Positions 1 through 13,763 of a stretch of DNA of 64,000 bases are shown one piece after another. The notes below the pieces were generated by a model. That model did no database searches. It saw only the letters and a program-made list of their open reading frames with translations, and had not been told where the DNA came from. Within the stretch, counting starts at the first letter, position 1. Each line of letters opens with the position of its first letter. The DNA comes from the human T2T-CHM13v2.0 reference genome, Homo sapiens. The translations under genes and the position numbers were made by a program. The stretch lies in the NCBI RefSeq assembly GCF_009914755.1, contig NC_060928.1. One strand, written 5' to 3'.

Positions 1-269
1 CAAACTTTTAAATCAATGTGTAAAATGTTTTGCTGGTAAAAGCACAATGATTATGGGAAGAAACAAACTCATTGTACTAGGTTTAAAATGTTTTGGGAAC
101 ATGAAACCAAAATGTCACAGTCTGAGGGAAAGCGTGCCAAGCATTATTAACATAAAAGAGGTTAAATAGGTGAGAGATTAAGTTTACAGATTAAATTGGA
201 AATAAATGAATCTTTGTTTTTGTCACAGGAAAGATCCCCCAGGGAGAGGATACTAAAATGTAGCTAGAA

Positions 270-620
270 GTGCAAAATGTTTTAGTAGAGCTTAACTCCA
301 GCGAAAGGAGAAGGAAGGGTGCAGAATTAGGGGAAACTGTCAGACAGTGATGCAGAGTTGACAAAGTTGCTGTCAGCCTAGTGGGAGCTTCGGAGCAGAG
401 ACTCCCTGATAGAGTGGTATGTTAGGCAGAAATGGCTAGACCACTGTCCCACTGCATTGTCAGGTAATTGGCTGGGGATCACCTCACCTGGCCAGAAAGT
501 TGAGGTAAACTCTGACAAAGCCAATAACGAGGCTATCAGCTAGCCACAGCTGGGTAGCAAGTCTTGCAGCTGGTAGCACGTCCTTTCTTGAGGGGAGATC
601 TGAGCATCACATCTCTGCCA
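270..620 (-). mobile_element. Old ERVL-class LTR fragment (LTR33/LTR16-like)
   Basis: Ends in CCTTTCTTGAGGGGAGATCTGAGC, the reverse complement of a recalled LTR33-type 5' end; heavily diverged. Confidence 0.45.
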
Positions 621-889
621 AAATTTATAAAGAAAACATCCTATTTATAGAATTAAAATGAAGAAATCCTATATAATTTGCTTAGAATGATTATACTGTG
701 ATTACTTGAACTGCAAAGTTAGAAGTAACTTAGGTGCTCAGTAAATGGTACATTTCTGAAGGGTAAAGTTGGAAGAAAAAGATTATTATTTTTGCTTGAA
801 TTTTGCTCTGAATAGCAGAGCAGTTGTTCTCATTATGTGCTATTTGCTGGTGCAGAAGATCAGTCTTTGAACATAGTAATAAGAAATAT

Positions 890-1065
890 ACATTTATTTA
901 TTCAAAGGAAGGCATGTGCCAGATGCTGGATTACATCAGAATGAGCAAGAAAAATACAGCATCTGTCCAGGTGGAACTTACAGTCTGGTGAATACACACA
1001 AATAGGTAAATTCTCTTTGCTGTAGGAGCAACACCTAAACCCAGATTTGAGGTAAGGGAAGGCTG
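890..1065 (-). mobile_element. L2 3' fragment
   Basis: ATTTATTCA...ATGTGCCAGATGCTGG...GGAACTTACAGTCTGGTG resembles antisense L2 3' end. Confidence 0.55.
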
Positions 1066-1724
1066 TAATTTGTTTTTGGAACAATGGGTTACTAATCTGC
1101 TTAAAAGTTTCGAGCACTAATACATGTTTGTCCAAATCTTTTACTCGTTTTTCTTACATACTAAGACTTAATTGCAAGGAAGAGAAACTCAGGCTATCTT
1201 AAAGAGGATAATATGTTATCCTCTGGAGAAACATGATACTAAAGACGAGTGCAGCAGGGAGTACTAGAACGGGGAATGTGGTACTGGAAGGACTCTTGTT
1301 CATTTCTGATATATTGTATGGGTCTGTGTAATGCTTTCCTCTCTATAAAACTGGTCACTTCCAGTTCAGAGTGGTGAGAATCATGACTGCTAACCTATCT
1401 TCATTATTATGCTTGACGCCTTCAGCCACCACAGGGGACATTTCTTTGATTCCATAACAGATTCAAAGTCCAGAAGTGCCAGAGAAAAGACTAGCTGACC
1501 AGTTTGGTTGATGTATTTACCTGGAGTGTTCTTTCATGTTGGAAAATACATTCAAAGAGTTGGGTTAGGTTGTTGGCTTGTGCTTCAGGGTCTGAACAGT
1601 AGAAGCATTAATATGCACCAAGGGATGATAGTACTGGCTTTTCACCATATTTTTTATTTCTTATAACACTGGTAAATTTGCTAAGATGCTTTCATACACC
1701 ATGTGTGTCTTTGGGTTTTGTCTT

Positions 1725-1976
1725 ATTTTTAATTATCATGGATACATAAAGATTGTACATATTTATGGGGTCCATGTGATATTTTGATACAAGCATACAA
1801 TGTGTAATGATCAAACCAGGGTAATTGGGGTATCCATTACCTCATGCATTTATCATTGCTTTGCGTTAGGAACATTCCAATTCCACTCTTAGTTACTTTG
1901 AAATATACGATAAATTATTTTTCACTATAGTCACCCTATTGTGCTACAGAACACTAGAGCCATCCTTTTATCTAAC
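1725..1976 (-). mobile_element. L1MA-type 3' end fragment
   Basis: TTGTACATATTTATGGGGTCCATGTGATATTTTGATACAAGCATACAATGTGTAATGATCAA is the antisense L1MA 3' UTR. Confidence 0.85.
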
Positions 1977-1990
1977 AACATATTAATTGA

Positions 1991-2299
<309 letters not shown>

Positions 2300-2419
2300 A
2301 AATCATTAGAATTTTAAGTAATTCAAATTGGAATGATTAATTCCAATAATTAGAATTAAGTAAATTTAAAGTAAACAATGCTACCATCTCAAAGAGCAAA
2401 TTAATTGCATTATGTGGTA

Positions 2420-2703
2420 GCTGTCTAATAGAGTAGCTGCTGGCTATGTATGGCTATTGAGTATTGGAAAGGGAGCTAGTCTGAATTAAGATGTGCTGTA
2501 AGTATGAAATGCACATTGGATTTTAAAGACTTCATATCAAAAAGTAAAATATCTCAATATTTGTATGTAGATTACAAGTTGAAATTTTTGTGTATATTGA
2601 GTTAAATCTCAAAATTAATTTCATCTTTTTATCTTTTTAAATGTAGCTACTGGAAAAGTTGAAAATTAACATGCAGCTTGCTTATTTCTGTTGGACAACA
2701 CTA
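2420..2703. mobile_element. MER33 hAT-Charlie MITE
   Basis: TIR-like CTGTCTAATAG...TTGGACAACAC; internal GATGTGCTGTAAGTATGAAATGCAC matches recalled MER33. Confidence 0.75.
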
Positions 2704-2711
2704 CTGTAGAC

Positions 2712-2970
2712 CAGCGGGTCTCAAACAGAGCAGAGAGTTTATGAACACACAGATTGCTGGGCCCTAAAAATTTAGTTCCTAGTTAAGTACCTTTATATTT
2801 TGCTTAGAAAGATTATACTGTATTTGTTAATGTTTATTTGAATTGTGAAGTGTGAAGTAATTTTCTGATTCAGTAGGTCTGTATGAGGTCTGAGAGTTTG
2901 AATTTCTGACAGGTTCCCAGGTGGTACTGATGCTGCTGATCCAATGACCACATTTTAAGAACCACTGCTT
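2712..2970. mobile_element. MER5A MITE (interrupted)
   Basis: CAGCGGGTCTCAAAC...CAGATTGCTGGGCCC...TTCTGATTCAGTAGGTCTG...AAGAACCACTG. Confidence 0.75.
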
Positions 2971-3465
2971 TAGACCAGGCCCTAAGTAGGGCCAGATAGT
3001 AAGTGTTTTAGGCTTGGGGTAGAGGTGAGGGTGGGGAAGTCGCTTAACCCAGAATTCTATAACCAATGAAAATTTTCTTTAAGACTGAAGATGAAATACA
3101 ATTTTCAAATGAAAGAAAACAAAAAATTCGTTGTCCAAAGACCTGCACTAAAAGAAGCTTTTCAGATTGAAAGGAAATAATGCAAATGGAGATTTAGATC
3201 CTTATAAAACAATGGAGGGTGTCAGAAATGGTAGATATATGGGTCAATGCAAAAGGCTTTTTAATTTTTTTCCTGATTTCTTTTTAATACATACAACTTT
3301 ATAGTAAGAATAACAACTGTATCTTGTTGGGTTTATAATGTACATAGATGTAATACATATAAACATGATAGCATAATGATTAGAAATGGGATTTGGGCCT
3401 ACAGTTGCAAGGTTGTATTATAGTACATAATATATGTTATTATTATATATAAATATATACATATA

Positions 3466-3735
3466 TTTGAGACAGAGTCTCTGTCATCTAGGCTGGAGTA
3501 CACTGGCATGATCTCGGCTCACTGCAATCTTTGTCTCCTGGGTTCAGATGATTCTCATGCCTCAACCTCCTGAGTAACTGGGATTAGAGGTGCACACTGC
3601 CATACCCAGCTAATTTTTGCATTTTTAGTAGAGACTAGGTTTTGCCATGTTGGCCAGGCTGGTCTTGAACTCCTGACCTCGAGTGATCTGCCTGCCTTGG
3701 CCTCCCAAAGTGATGGAATTACACTGTGCCCAGCC
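3466..3735 (-). mobile_element. Alu (AluS/J-like)
   Basis: Antisense Alu body, tail decayed to TA-rich sequence. Confidence 0.95.
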
Positions 3736-4568
3736 TCACATAATACAAAATTGAGAAGAGGCAGGAAAGGAGGAATAAAAACAAAAAACAGAGGAGACAA
3801 ATAGAAAACAATAAAATGGTGGGCTCAAACAACCATATCCGTAATTATATTAAATGTTAGGGGATTAAACACTTTAACTGAAAGGTTAAGATTGTCAGGA
3901 TGGATAAACACACATATACATAATTGTATGCTGTTTATGAGAGACTTACTTTTCATATAAAGACACAGCTCAAAATAAATGGGAAAAGAGATACACTATG
4001 CAAACCGTAGCACTAGAAGTTTGGACTGACTATACTAATGTCTACTAAAATAGATTTCAAAACAAAAAGTATCCCCAGAGATAAAATGTATATTTCAATT
4101 TCATAATGTCAAAAGAGTGAATTTAGCAGTAAGACATTACAATAATAGATTTGTATGCAGCTAATAACAGACCTTCACCATATACAAAGCAAAAATTGAC
4201 AAAATTGGAGAGTGAAGCAGTTTCAGAGTTGAATATTTTTACATTTTCTATTTAGAAATTGATAGAACAACAAGACAAGTCATTAACAGGAACCTAGAAG
4301 ACCTGAATCACACTATCGACCACCTTGATTCAACTTACCTTTTCAAAACTCTACACCCAACAATGGGTGTGCACATCATATGTTTACCATGATAGTCCAT
4401 AAGATTGGCCTTAAAGCAGCTGTAATACATTTGAAATGATTGAAAAAAGTTAATCTACCTGAGGATAGACAGGTCAATAAAACAGAGAAGAGTCCAAAAA
4501 TTGATGCACACATATATGACCCATTGACTTGGTAAAAGTTCCAAGGCAATTCAATGAGGAACAAATAG

Positions 4569-4861
<293 letters not shown>

Positions 4862-4910
4862 AAGAATAGCCTTTTTAACAAATGGTGCTGGGGCAATTGG
4901 ATAACCATAT

Positions 4911-4944
<34 letters not shown>

Positions 4945-5587
4945 TCAACGCTTACCTCACCATTTACAAAACTTCATGAATGACATGGATCACAGACTTT
5001 AATATAAGAGCCTGAATCATAATACTTCTAGAAGAAAACATGGATGAAAAATGTAGTGACCTTGGGCTTGGCAAAGATTTTTAAATATGATACACAAAAG
5101 CATAAGCTATAAATGAAAAGAACATCAATCAACTAGACTGGATTAAAATTAAAAACTTTTTCTTTTCAAAAGATACTGTTAAGAAAATTAAAAGGCAAGC
5201 CTCAGGCTGTTGGAAGATACTTGCAAAATATCTATCTGACGAATGACTTCTATCTAGTTGTATATGGTTGTGGGGGTGAGGTCTGGGGAGAAGAGTGGGA
5301 GGTATGAGAGGGAGGAGTGACAAAAGGTCATAAGGAAACTTTTTTGGGTGATGGATATTTTCATTTTATTTTACTTTTTTTTTTTAAAAAAAAATGTAGG
5401 CTACCTTGGTAGTTTATGAAGGAAATCAATAGTATTAAAAATTGGATGTAAAAAATGGATACCATCAGAAACCCATGGATGAAGAGAATGGGAAGCTGCT
5501 CATTAAGATCAATTGAACAGGATGCCTCAGGGCATCACCAGGGCCCCAGCCCCTTCCAGTAGCTAAAAATGCAAAGAAAAAGATAGA

Positions 5588-5695
5588 AGAAGGAAGGAAG
5601 GAAGGAAGGAAGGAAGGAAGGAAGGAAAGGGAGGGAGGGAGGGAAGGAGGGGAGGGAAGGGAGGGAGGGAGGGAAAGAAGGAAGGAAGGAAGGAT
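5588..5695 (+). repeat. (GGAA)n/(GGGA)n polypurine microsatellite
   Basis: Directly visible; G4/H-DNA-capable composition. Confidence 0.95.
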
Positions 5696-5699
5696 TATA

Positions 5700-5845
5700 A
5701 TACTTAAATTATACTTACAAATTATTTTTCCTGAAATAAGAGATTTGAAACTATTTTGAAAGATCATGTAGTAACCGGAAAAACTGACCGAAAACGATGG
5801 ACTCCAAGATATATCTTAATAAAATTATTTAAAATTTTAAAATAC
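5700..5845 (+). mobile_element. L1/HAL1 ORF1-like relic
   Basis: Translation TGKTDRKRWTPRYILIKL resembles the L1 ORF1p motif TPRHIIIKL. Confidence 0.55.
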
Positions 5846-6539
5846 AGGGGATATTATAAACATATGCCAAAGATTATCCCCCCATATGCCAAGCTTTTCA
5901 TTAACTTGACTAAAGGTTACAAGTATAGTACTAGGATCCTCTCCTGAATGGACACAGGCCCAGCTGCCTTTTAACCGAGAGAGGTTGGGTTCTATCTGTG
6001 AGGAGGCACTGAAAACATTACTGGGCTGATCAGTTCCCCTCAGCTGGCTTTCTAGATGACAAAAATTCTTTTTAATTCACATAGTCTACCAGTCTGTGGG
6101 ACTTGAAAATAGCCAAGGGAATTCTGGGGAGATAAAAAACGGTCTTGTCTTGACACAGCTTATCAAAGAGCAAAACTCTGGGCTCTATTCAGAAAGTATA
6201 GTACTCTATAAATTTAGTTATCTAAGTAAAGTTAAGGAACGTGCCTATGAAGTACCATTTCAAGTGAAGACCAGCTATAACTTCGCATATATACTCATTA
6301 GTGAATATAGATTTTAAAAATAGGATGCCACATGGCATCTTTTCCTGACTTTATTAACAGTAGTGTTGGAAGTGCTCTTTTGTGAGTCCAGCCCTACATC
6401 ACCAAGGACATACCTAGCAAGGAAGTGAGGGTAATATTTTTCTATTTAATGTTTCATAATTCTGGCCTTTTAAAATGTCTGACTTGAAGAAAATAAGTCA
6501 GTCATATTCAAGATTAATCTATACAACATGTTTGACGGT

Positions 6540-6620
6540 ATTTTAAGTTTATATTTTTAAATTTAATTAATTGGCAAAAATTGTATATTGTATACATTTA
6601 CAGTATACAACATGATGTGC

Positions 6621-6678
<58 letters not shown>

Positions 6679-6954
6679 TGTGGAATGGCTATGCAAGCTA
6701 ATTAATGTGTGAATTACCTCACATATTTACCTTTTGTTTTGGTGAAAATACTTAAAATCTACTCTCTCAGTAATTTTCAAGTATACAATATATTGTTATT
6801 AACTATATTCACCACGATGTTCAATAGATCTCTTGAACTAATTCCTCCCACCTAACTGAAATTTTGTGCTCCTTGACCAACATCTCCCCAATTCTCCTAC
6901 TCTCTAGCCTCTAGTAACCACGATTTTACTGTTCAACTTTTCTAGATTCCACAT
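6540..6954 (-). mobile_element. 5'-truncated L1MA (L1MA8/9-like) 3' end containing (TA)n(CA)n microsatellite at 6621-6677
   Basis: CTTAAAATCTACTCTCTCAGTAATTTTCAAGTATACAATA...TAGATTCCACAT is antisense L1MA 3' UTR. Confidence 0.85.
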
Positions 6955-7040
6955 TATATGTTCATTATCTTAATTGTGGCATGGTTTCCAGGACAGAGGT
7001 CAAACTTATCAGATTGCACATCTTAAATACATGTAGTTTA

Positions 7041-7337
7041 TTATTTTTTTGAGACAAGGTCTCACTCTGTCACCCAAGCTGGGGTGCGGTGGTGTGTTCA
7101 CGGCTCTCACTGCAGCCTCCATCTTCTGGGCTCAAGTGATCCTCCCACCTCAGCCTCCCAAGTAGCTGGGACTGTAGGTGCGCACCACTACACCTGGCTG
7201 ATTTTTTGCATTTTTTAGTAGAGATGAGGTCTCCCTGTGTTGCCCAGGCTGGACTGGGCCTCCAAGCCTCAAGTGATCCTCCCACCTCAACCTCCCAAAG
7301 TGCTGGGATTACAGGTCGTGGGTCACCCGGCCTGGCC
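7041..7337 (-). mobile_element. Alu (AluJ-like)
   Basis: GGGCTCAAGTGATCCTCCCACCTCAGCC J-type diagnostics; TSD AAATACATGTAGTTT/AAATATGTGTAGTTT. Confidence 0.95.
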
Positions 7338-7399
7338 CAAATATGTGTAGTTTTTAAAAAATGTCAATTATATCTTTAAGCTGTTTTTAAAAAGTCAAG

Positions 7400-7721
<322 letters not shown>

Positions 7722-8369
7722 TAAAAAGTCAAGTTTTTAATAGGCCACACCCTTGACTATAAACTTCTACTTCTTCCTTCCTCTTTGCCCATCCCTCAGT
7801 CCTGCTGCACCCAGTGGTCTAGCTACCTCTTTACAAGATTACCCGAAGTCCACTTGTTATCAAGTTTATGGAATTTAGTTTAGGTAATTTGTTATAAAAT
7901 ATACAAGAAAATTCAAATTATAATTTCATTAGCCAAAATGAGGTGTGTTCTAACTACTGTTGACATTATCAGTGATGGGAACTTCCTTACCTCTCAAGGT
8001 AATCCATTCCATCTTCAGATCACTTTTCTTTTGGAAAGCTTTTTTTTTGTTTTAGTTAATTGGTTTTGGTTCCATCCTTGTGCCTATACAGAACATACTT
8101 AGCTGCACACCATAATGATAGCCAGCGTTTCAAATATTAAAAGCCTGTCATGTGCCTCCATTTTTCTCAGGTTAGCTATTTATAGTTTCTCAGGCTCAGA
8201 AACATGAGGTCTGGTTCCTTTATGATCACTCTTGTCTAACTGCAGTCTAGGTTCTCTATGTTAATTTGAAAATAAAGTCCCCAAAAGAATATGTACTGCT
8301 CTTAGAAAGCATATTAGACCAATATAGCCGTTTTGGTGGCTAAATACGTCTCCTAAGCTATGTTAACCA

Positions 8370-8560
8370 ATTAGATTTGGATTCGTATGCCACCTTTGCC
8401 AGTTACCAGCTGTTTCACCTTTAGCAAGTTAAATATTCTCCAAGCCTCACTTTCCTCTTGGTAAAATGAAGATAACAATACCTACCCCATAGGGATGTTC
8501 TGATAATTAAATGAGATAATGCACAGCCTCTGGAACATATGAGGTGCTCCACTTATCTGT
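8370..8560 (+). mobile_element. MIR
   Basis: Core GCCTCACTTTCCTCTTGGTAAAATGAAGATAACAATACCTACC...ATTAAATGAGATAATG. Confidence 0.85.
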
Positions 8561-9459
8561 AGTTATTTTCCCACTCACACCCCATACTTTTTTCAATGCA
8601 TGATTGTACATTCTCCTCTGGAGATGGAAGTGGTATAAATGTGCATACATTGGCAGGTATGATAAATATAGTTGGATCATGGAATGTCTGCTTTTATTTC
8701 TATGTTCATTGAAAACAGTGTTTTTATGATTTATGTTGTATCTGTTGCAGGGGGGAAATAGTTTCAAAGCAGCATGATGCCACCGCTCGACTGAAGGCCA
8801 AGGAGCTGCCTTTGGGTAATGGATGGCACCTCCTCTTCATAAAGTCCATTTCTTCAGATGCCTCCTGTGGTGGATGAACCTTTGCATATTTCATTAAGTG
8901 CTTATGTTGTCAACTGCTCCATCTCAGAAAAAAAGTTTTCTCTTGACAGTGGAGTGTGAGCACACAGAGCACTCAAGGTCTAACCAGGTTAATAGGTAGG
9001 AACAGCTATAAATCAGAGTCCCCAGCACTGTCTGCACTATTTTAACTGAGATGATAGGAAAATAGGTAACAAGTTTAACCCCCCATGGCAACTGCTGTAC
9101 TGATCTCTTCACATACACTTTACACTTGTATAATAACATATTTCAACTTTCAAAAGTGGCCTCACATCTATCATCTCATTTTACTCTAACAAGGACCCCA
9201 CCCACCTCCCGGATCTTTTAATATCATAACCAGAAAGAGCTGACTAAGTCAACAAGGGAAGGTACCATGCTGGGTGCTTTATACATATGACTTCCAGCGC
9301 TGACAACGATCCATTCTGGTAGATATTATTGTCTCCTTGTAATAGGGCCCAGCTGGGATTGAACTGAAGTGTGTCTAGCTCTAAAACCCTTGTACTTTCA
9401 ACTGGGTCATCATACACTTATCCTATGTTCTAATTCATTATTAAAAGTCAATCTTTCCT

Positions 9460-9660
9460 ATGGATAATGGTTACTTTGAGAGGTGGGGGTAGTGACCAGA
9501 AAGGGATGTAAAGGGGGTTGCTGGTAATGTTGTTTTTTCATTTGGATACTACTTAGATGAGCGTGTACCCTTTGGGAAAGCCCACTGAGTTGTACACTTA
9601 GGATTTGTGCACTTTATGTATGTTTGTAAGAAATATTTCAATAGGAAACATTTTAAAGCT
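9460..9660 (+). mobile_element. L1ME-type 3' end
   Basis: GCTGGTAATGTTGTTTTTTCATTTGGAT...GTACACTTAGGATTTGTGCACTTTATGTATG. Confidence 0.7.
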
Positions 9661-10020
9661 AGTTTTTCTTTTGAAGGTGTAAGCTTTTTACTTACTTGTC
9701 TCCAAAATCTAACTCTTTATGTGCCTGTATGTTGCAGTGGAAAAAGTGAGCTCATGATCATTTTGCTTATTTACAATGGATAAATGAGATCCAAATACAC
9801 AGAATCAAGGGAAGGAGTTGCTTCTTCTAAGAGTGATGCTTAATCTTTTGGGTCATGGATGAATTGAAGATTTGATTAAAGTTACAATAAAAAGAGAAAT
9901 AATCAAAGCACGTACATTCTGTATCACGAACGGTGCCAAACTCTTTATATATATTAGCTTCTTTCAGCTGTATCATAACACTGAGAGGTGGATGCTATTA
10001 TTTCCTTGTTACCCCTCTAC

Positions 10021-10071
10021 CACACACACACACACTCTCTCTCTCACACACACACACACGCTCGCACACAC
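10021..10071. repeat. Compound (CA)n(CT)n(CA)n microsatellite
   Basis: Directly visible. Confidence 0.9.
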
Positions 10072-10289
10072 AGAGTTTTCCCTGTTATTTCAGGGAGCTC
10101 ATGAATGTCCTAAGGTACATTATCCGGAGACACAGCTTAAGAGCCCCTATCAGGTTGAAAAAAAATGACAGAAGAAAAAAATTTTTAAAGCAATGGATTA
10201 TGGAAAAGTACTCAGATTGTTAATTCAATTAAGTTGTAGTTTGTCATTTTACATTCTTTTGTTTCTCCTATAAAGCTTGATGTCATGTA

Positions 10290-10606
10290 ATTTTTCTTTT
10301 CTTTTTTTTTTTGAGACAGTCTTGCTCTGTCTCTCAGGCTGGAGTGCAATGGCACAATCTTGGCTCACCGCAGCCTTGACCTCCGAGCCCAAGCAATCCT
10401 TCTGCCTCAGCCTCCCGAGTAGCTGGGACTAAAGTCATGTGCCACCACACCTGGCTAGTTTTTAAATTTTGTTTGTTTGTTTTGTTTTGTAGAGATGAGG
10501 TCTCACTATATTGCTCAGGCTGGTCTTGAACTCCTGGGCTCAAGCAATCCTCTCATCTCAGCCTCCCAAAGTGTGGGATTATAGGTGTGAGCCACAGCAC
10601 ATGGCC
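10290..10606 (-). mobile_element. Alu (AluJ-like)
   Basis: Antisense Alu with J-type CTGGGCTCAAGCAATCCTC. Confidence 0.95.
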
Positions 10607-10977
10607 TCCTTTTACATACATTTTACTTTATAATATTTAATATACTCAAACATATATGAAGCAGTCATACATTATAAAGCATAATAAAATGCATAAAGTC
10701 CTGTGAACCTATAACCCAATATAAGAATTAAAATATTGCCAATACTCTTAATACTATCTTTGTATTCTATCCTTATCCACTTCCCTCCCTTCCTTCTAGA
10801 AGCATCTACTGCCCTGAATTGGTGTTTATCACATCTTTGCTTTTTTATCTTTGTATTTCAATGCATATAAAAGCACTTCTTTGCTTTTTAAAGAATAGTG
10901 TTAACACATATATATGAATACCTAAATATCATTTTGTTTTGCTTGACACATCAATTGAGTTATTGCTTGACACATCA

Positions 10978-11392
<415 letters not shown>

Positions 11393-11662
11393 TCAAGTTT
11401 TCATCATTGTGTAGTGACTCTCCTCATAGCATAGTAATTTTTTGTCTCAAAGTTGATGGACTCTCATGTTCATATAGCTGACTCAACCCTTTGCAGATGT
11501 TGTTTTGCCATGTATTGTTTTCTATAACTTTCTTTGAAACTTTTTTCGTTCTTATATTTTAGGGGTATCACTTATGAATATCATATAGATTTATTTTTGT
11601 TTTATTCTGTCAATCTTGTCTTTTAATGAGTGAGTTCAGTCTACTTTCAGGAATTATGATTA

Positions 11663-12030
11663 CAGATGCTCCTCAATTTACGATGGAGTCATGTCCGAAT
11701 AAACCCATTACTAGTTGGAAATATAGAAAGTTAAAAATGCATTTAATATACTTAATCTATTGAACATCATAGTTTAACCTAGTCTAACTTAAATATGATC
11801 GGAACACTTACATAGCCCCTAGTTAGGAAAAGTCATCTAACACAAAGTTTATCTTATAATAAAGTGTTGAATATCTCACGTAATTTATTGAAAATGCTAC
11901 TGAAAATGAAAAACAGAATGGTTGTATGGGTACTAGAAGTATGATTTCTACTGAATGTCTATCACTTTCACACTTTCACACTGTCATAAAGTTGTCATAA
12001 ATTTAACTAATGTAAGTCGGGGACTGTCTG
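11663..12030 (+). mobile_element. MER47A (TcMar-Tigger MITE)
   Basis: TIRs CAGATGCTCCTCAATTTACG / TGTAAGTCGGGGACTGTCTG flanked by TA on both sides; inserted in antisense L1ME relic. Confidence 0.85.
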
Positions 12031-12156
12031 TATTATATATTTGGACTTTTCTATATCTCCTCTTCACTTTATTCTATTTGTCTAACTTTTCAAGGTTTAT
12101 TTCCCCTTCTTTCTAATTATTTTTGAGTTGATAGGAATTTTTAAAAACATCTATAA

Positions 12157-12705
12157 ATGGCAGATTGTCATTTCCAAAAGTGACTGCAGCAGTAACTCCT
12201 AACTCATATGTTTTATACAAAGTGACCTTGCTGCTCCTTATTAAGAGAAGATGATTTCTCTTGTTCGTGGAATGTGGCCAGCCTTGTCATCGCTTTTCCT
12301 GGTTAAAGATGGCAAAAGTGACTGCCAGTGCTGGGCATAGTTTTTAAACAGCTTGGCAGCTTCTGCTTCCTGCGTCTGAGAATGCTGGTTCTTGGGATGC
12401 ACCCTCTTGGAACCCAGCTGCAGGATCATGAGCACCCCAAAACACATGGAAAAACCACATGTCGCCAATCCTGTCAACATCAGCTGAGCTCGGAGCTGGC
12501 TGCTACAATCAACTGCCAGTCCTGCAAAGGAGCCTTCATGGACATTAGCCCAGCTGCCATCTGACTACAACTGTGTGAGATACCCCAAGGGAGAACTACT
12601 CAGCTGAGTCCAGTCAGCCTGCAGGACCTTGGGAAATAGGAATAAACTGTTTTCAGCCACTAAATGTTCGGCTTGCTTTTAATGAGCAATCAAGAACTGG
12701 GATGA
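12157..12705 (+). mobile_element. MLT1 (G/H-type) MaLR LTR, followed by MaLR internal fragment to ~13440
   Basis: CCATCTGACTACAACTGTGTGAGATACCCC...CAGCTGAGTCCAGTCAG...AATAAACTGTTTTCAGCCACTAA typical MLT1 3' half. Confidence 0.75.
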
Positions 12706-12811
12706 ATGTGTGGCTTTAGGACCAAACAGTGGATTGAAACTTCCAGGGTCTTGAAGAGATGAAAAATAAAAGCCAGAAAGGCCTGGAGAAGACAATGAAA
12801 GTGGAGCTGTT

Positions 12812-13195
<384 letters not shown>

Positions 13196-13418
13196 CTAAT
13201 GCTCTAACCATGTGAGGCAGGGGTGGTGGGAGGGCATAGAAAGGGCACCTAATGAACTCATTGATCCAGCTAGGGAGGAAGTAGAAAGTGCCAAGTCAAC
13301 TGTCTTGTACTGTATATTGTGAAATATAAGAAGAGACAGATGAACTAAGGTTTGTTCTGTTTCTAAGCTGAATTTAGAGGAAACAGAGCCCAGAACAATC
13401 TTTCCAGGCAGCAAATGA

Positions 13419-13763
<345 letters not shown>

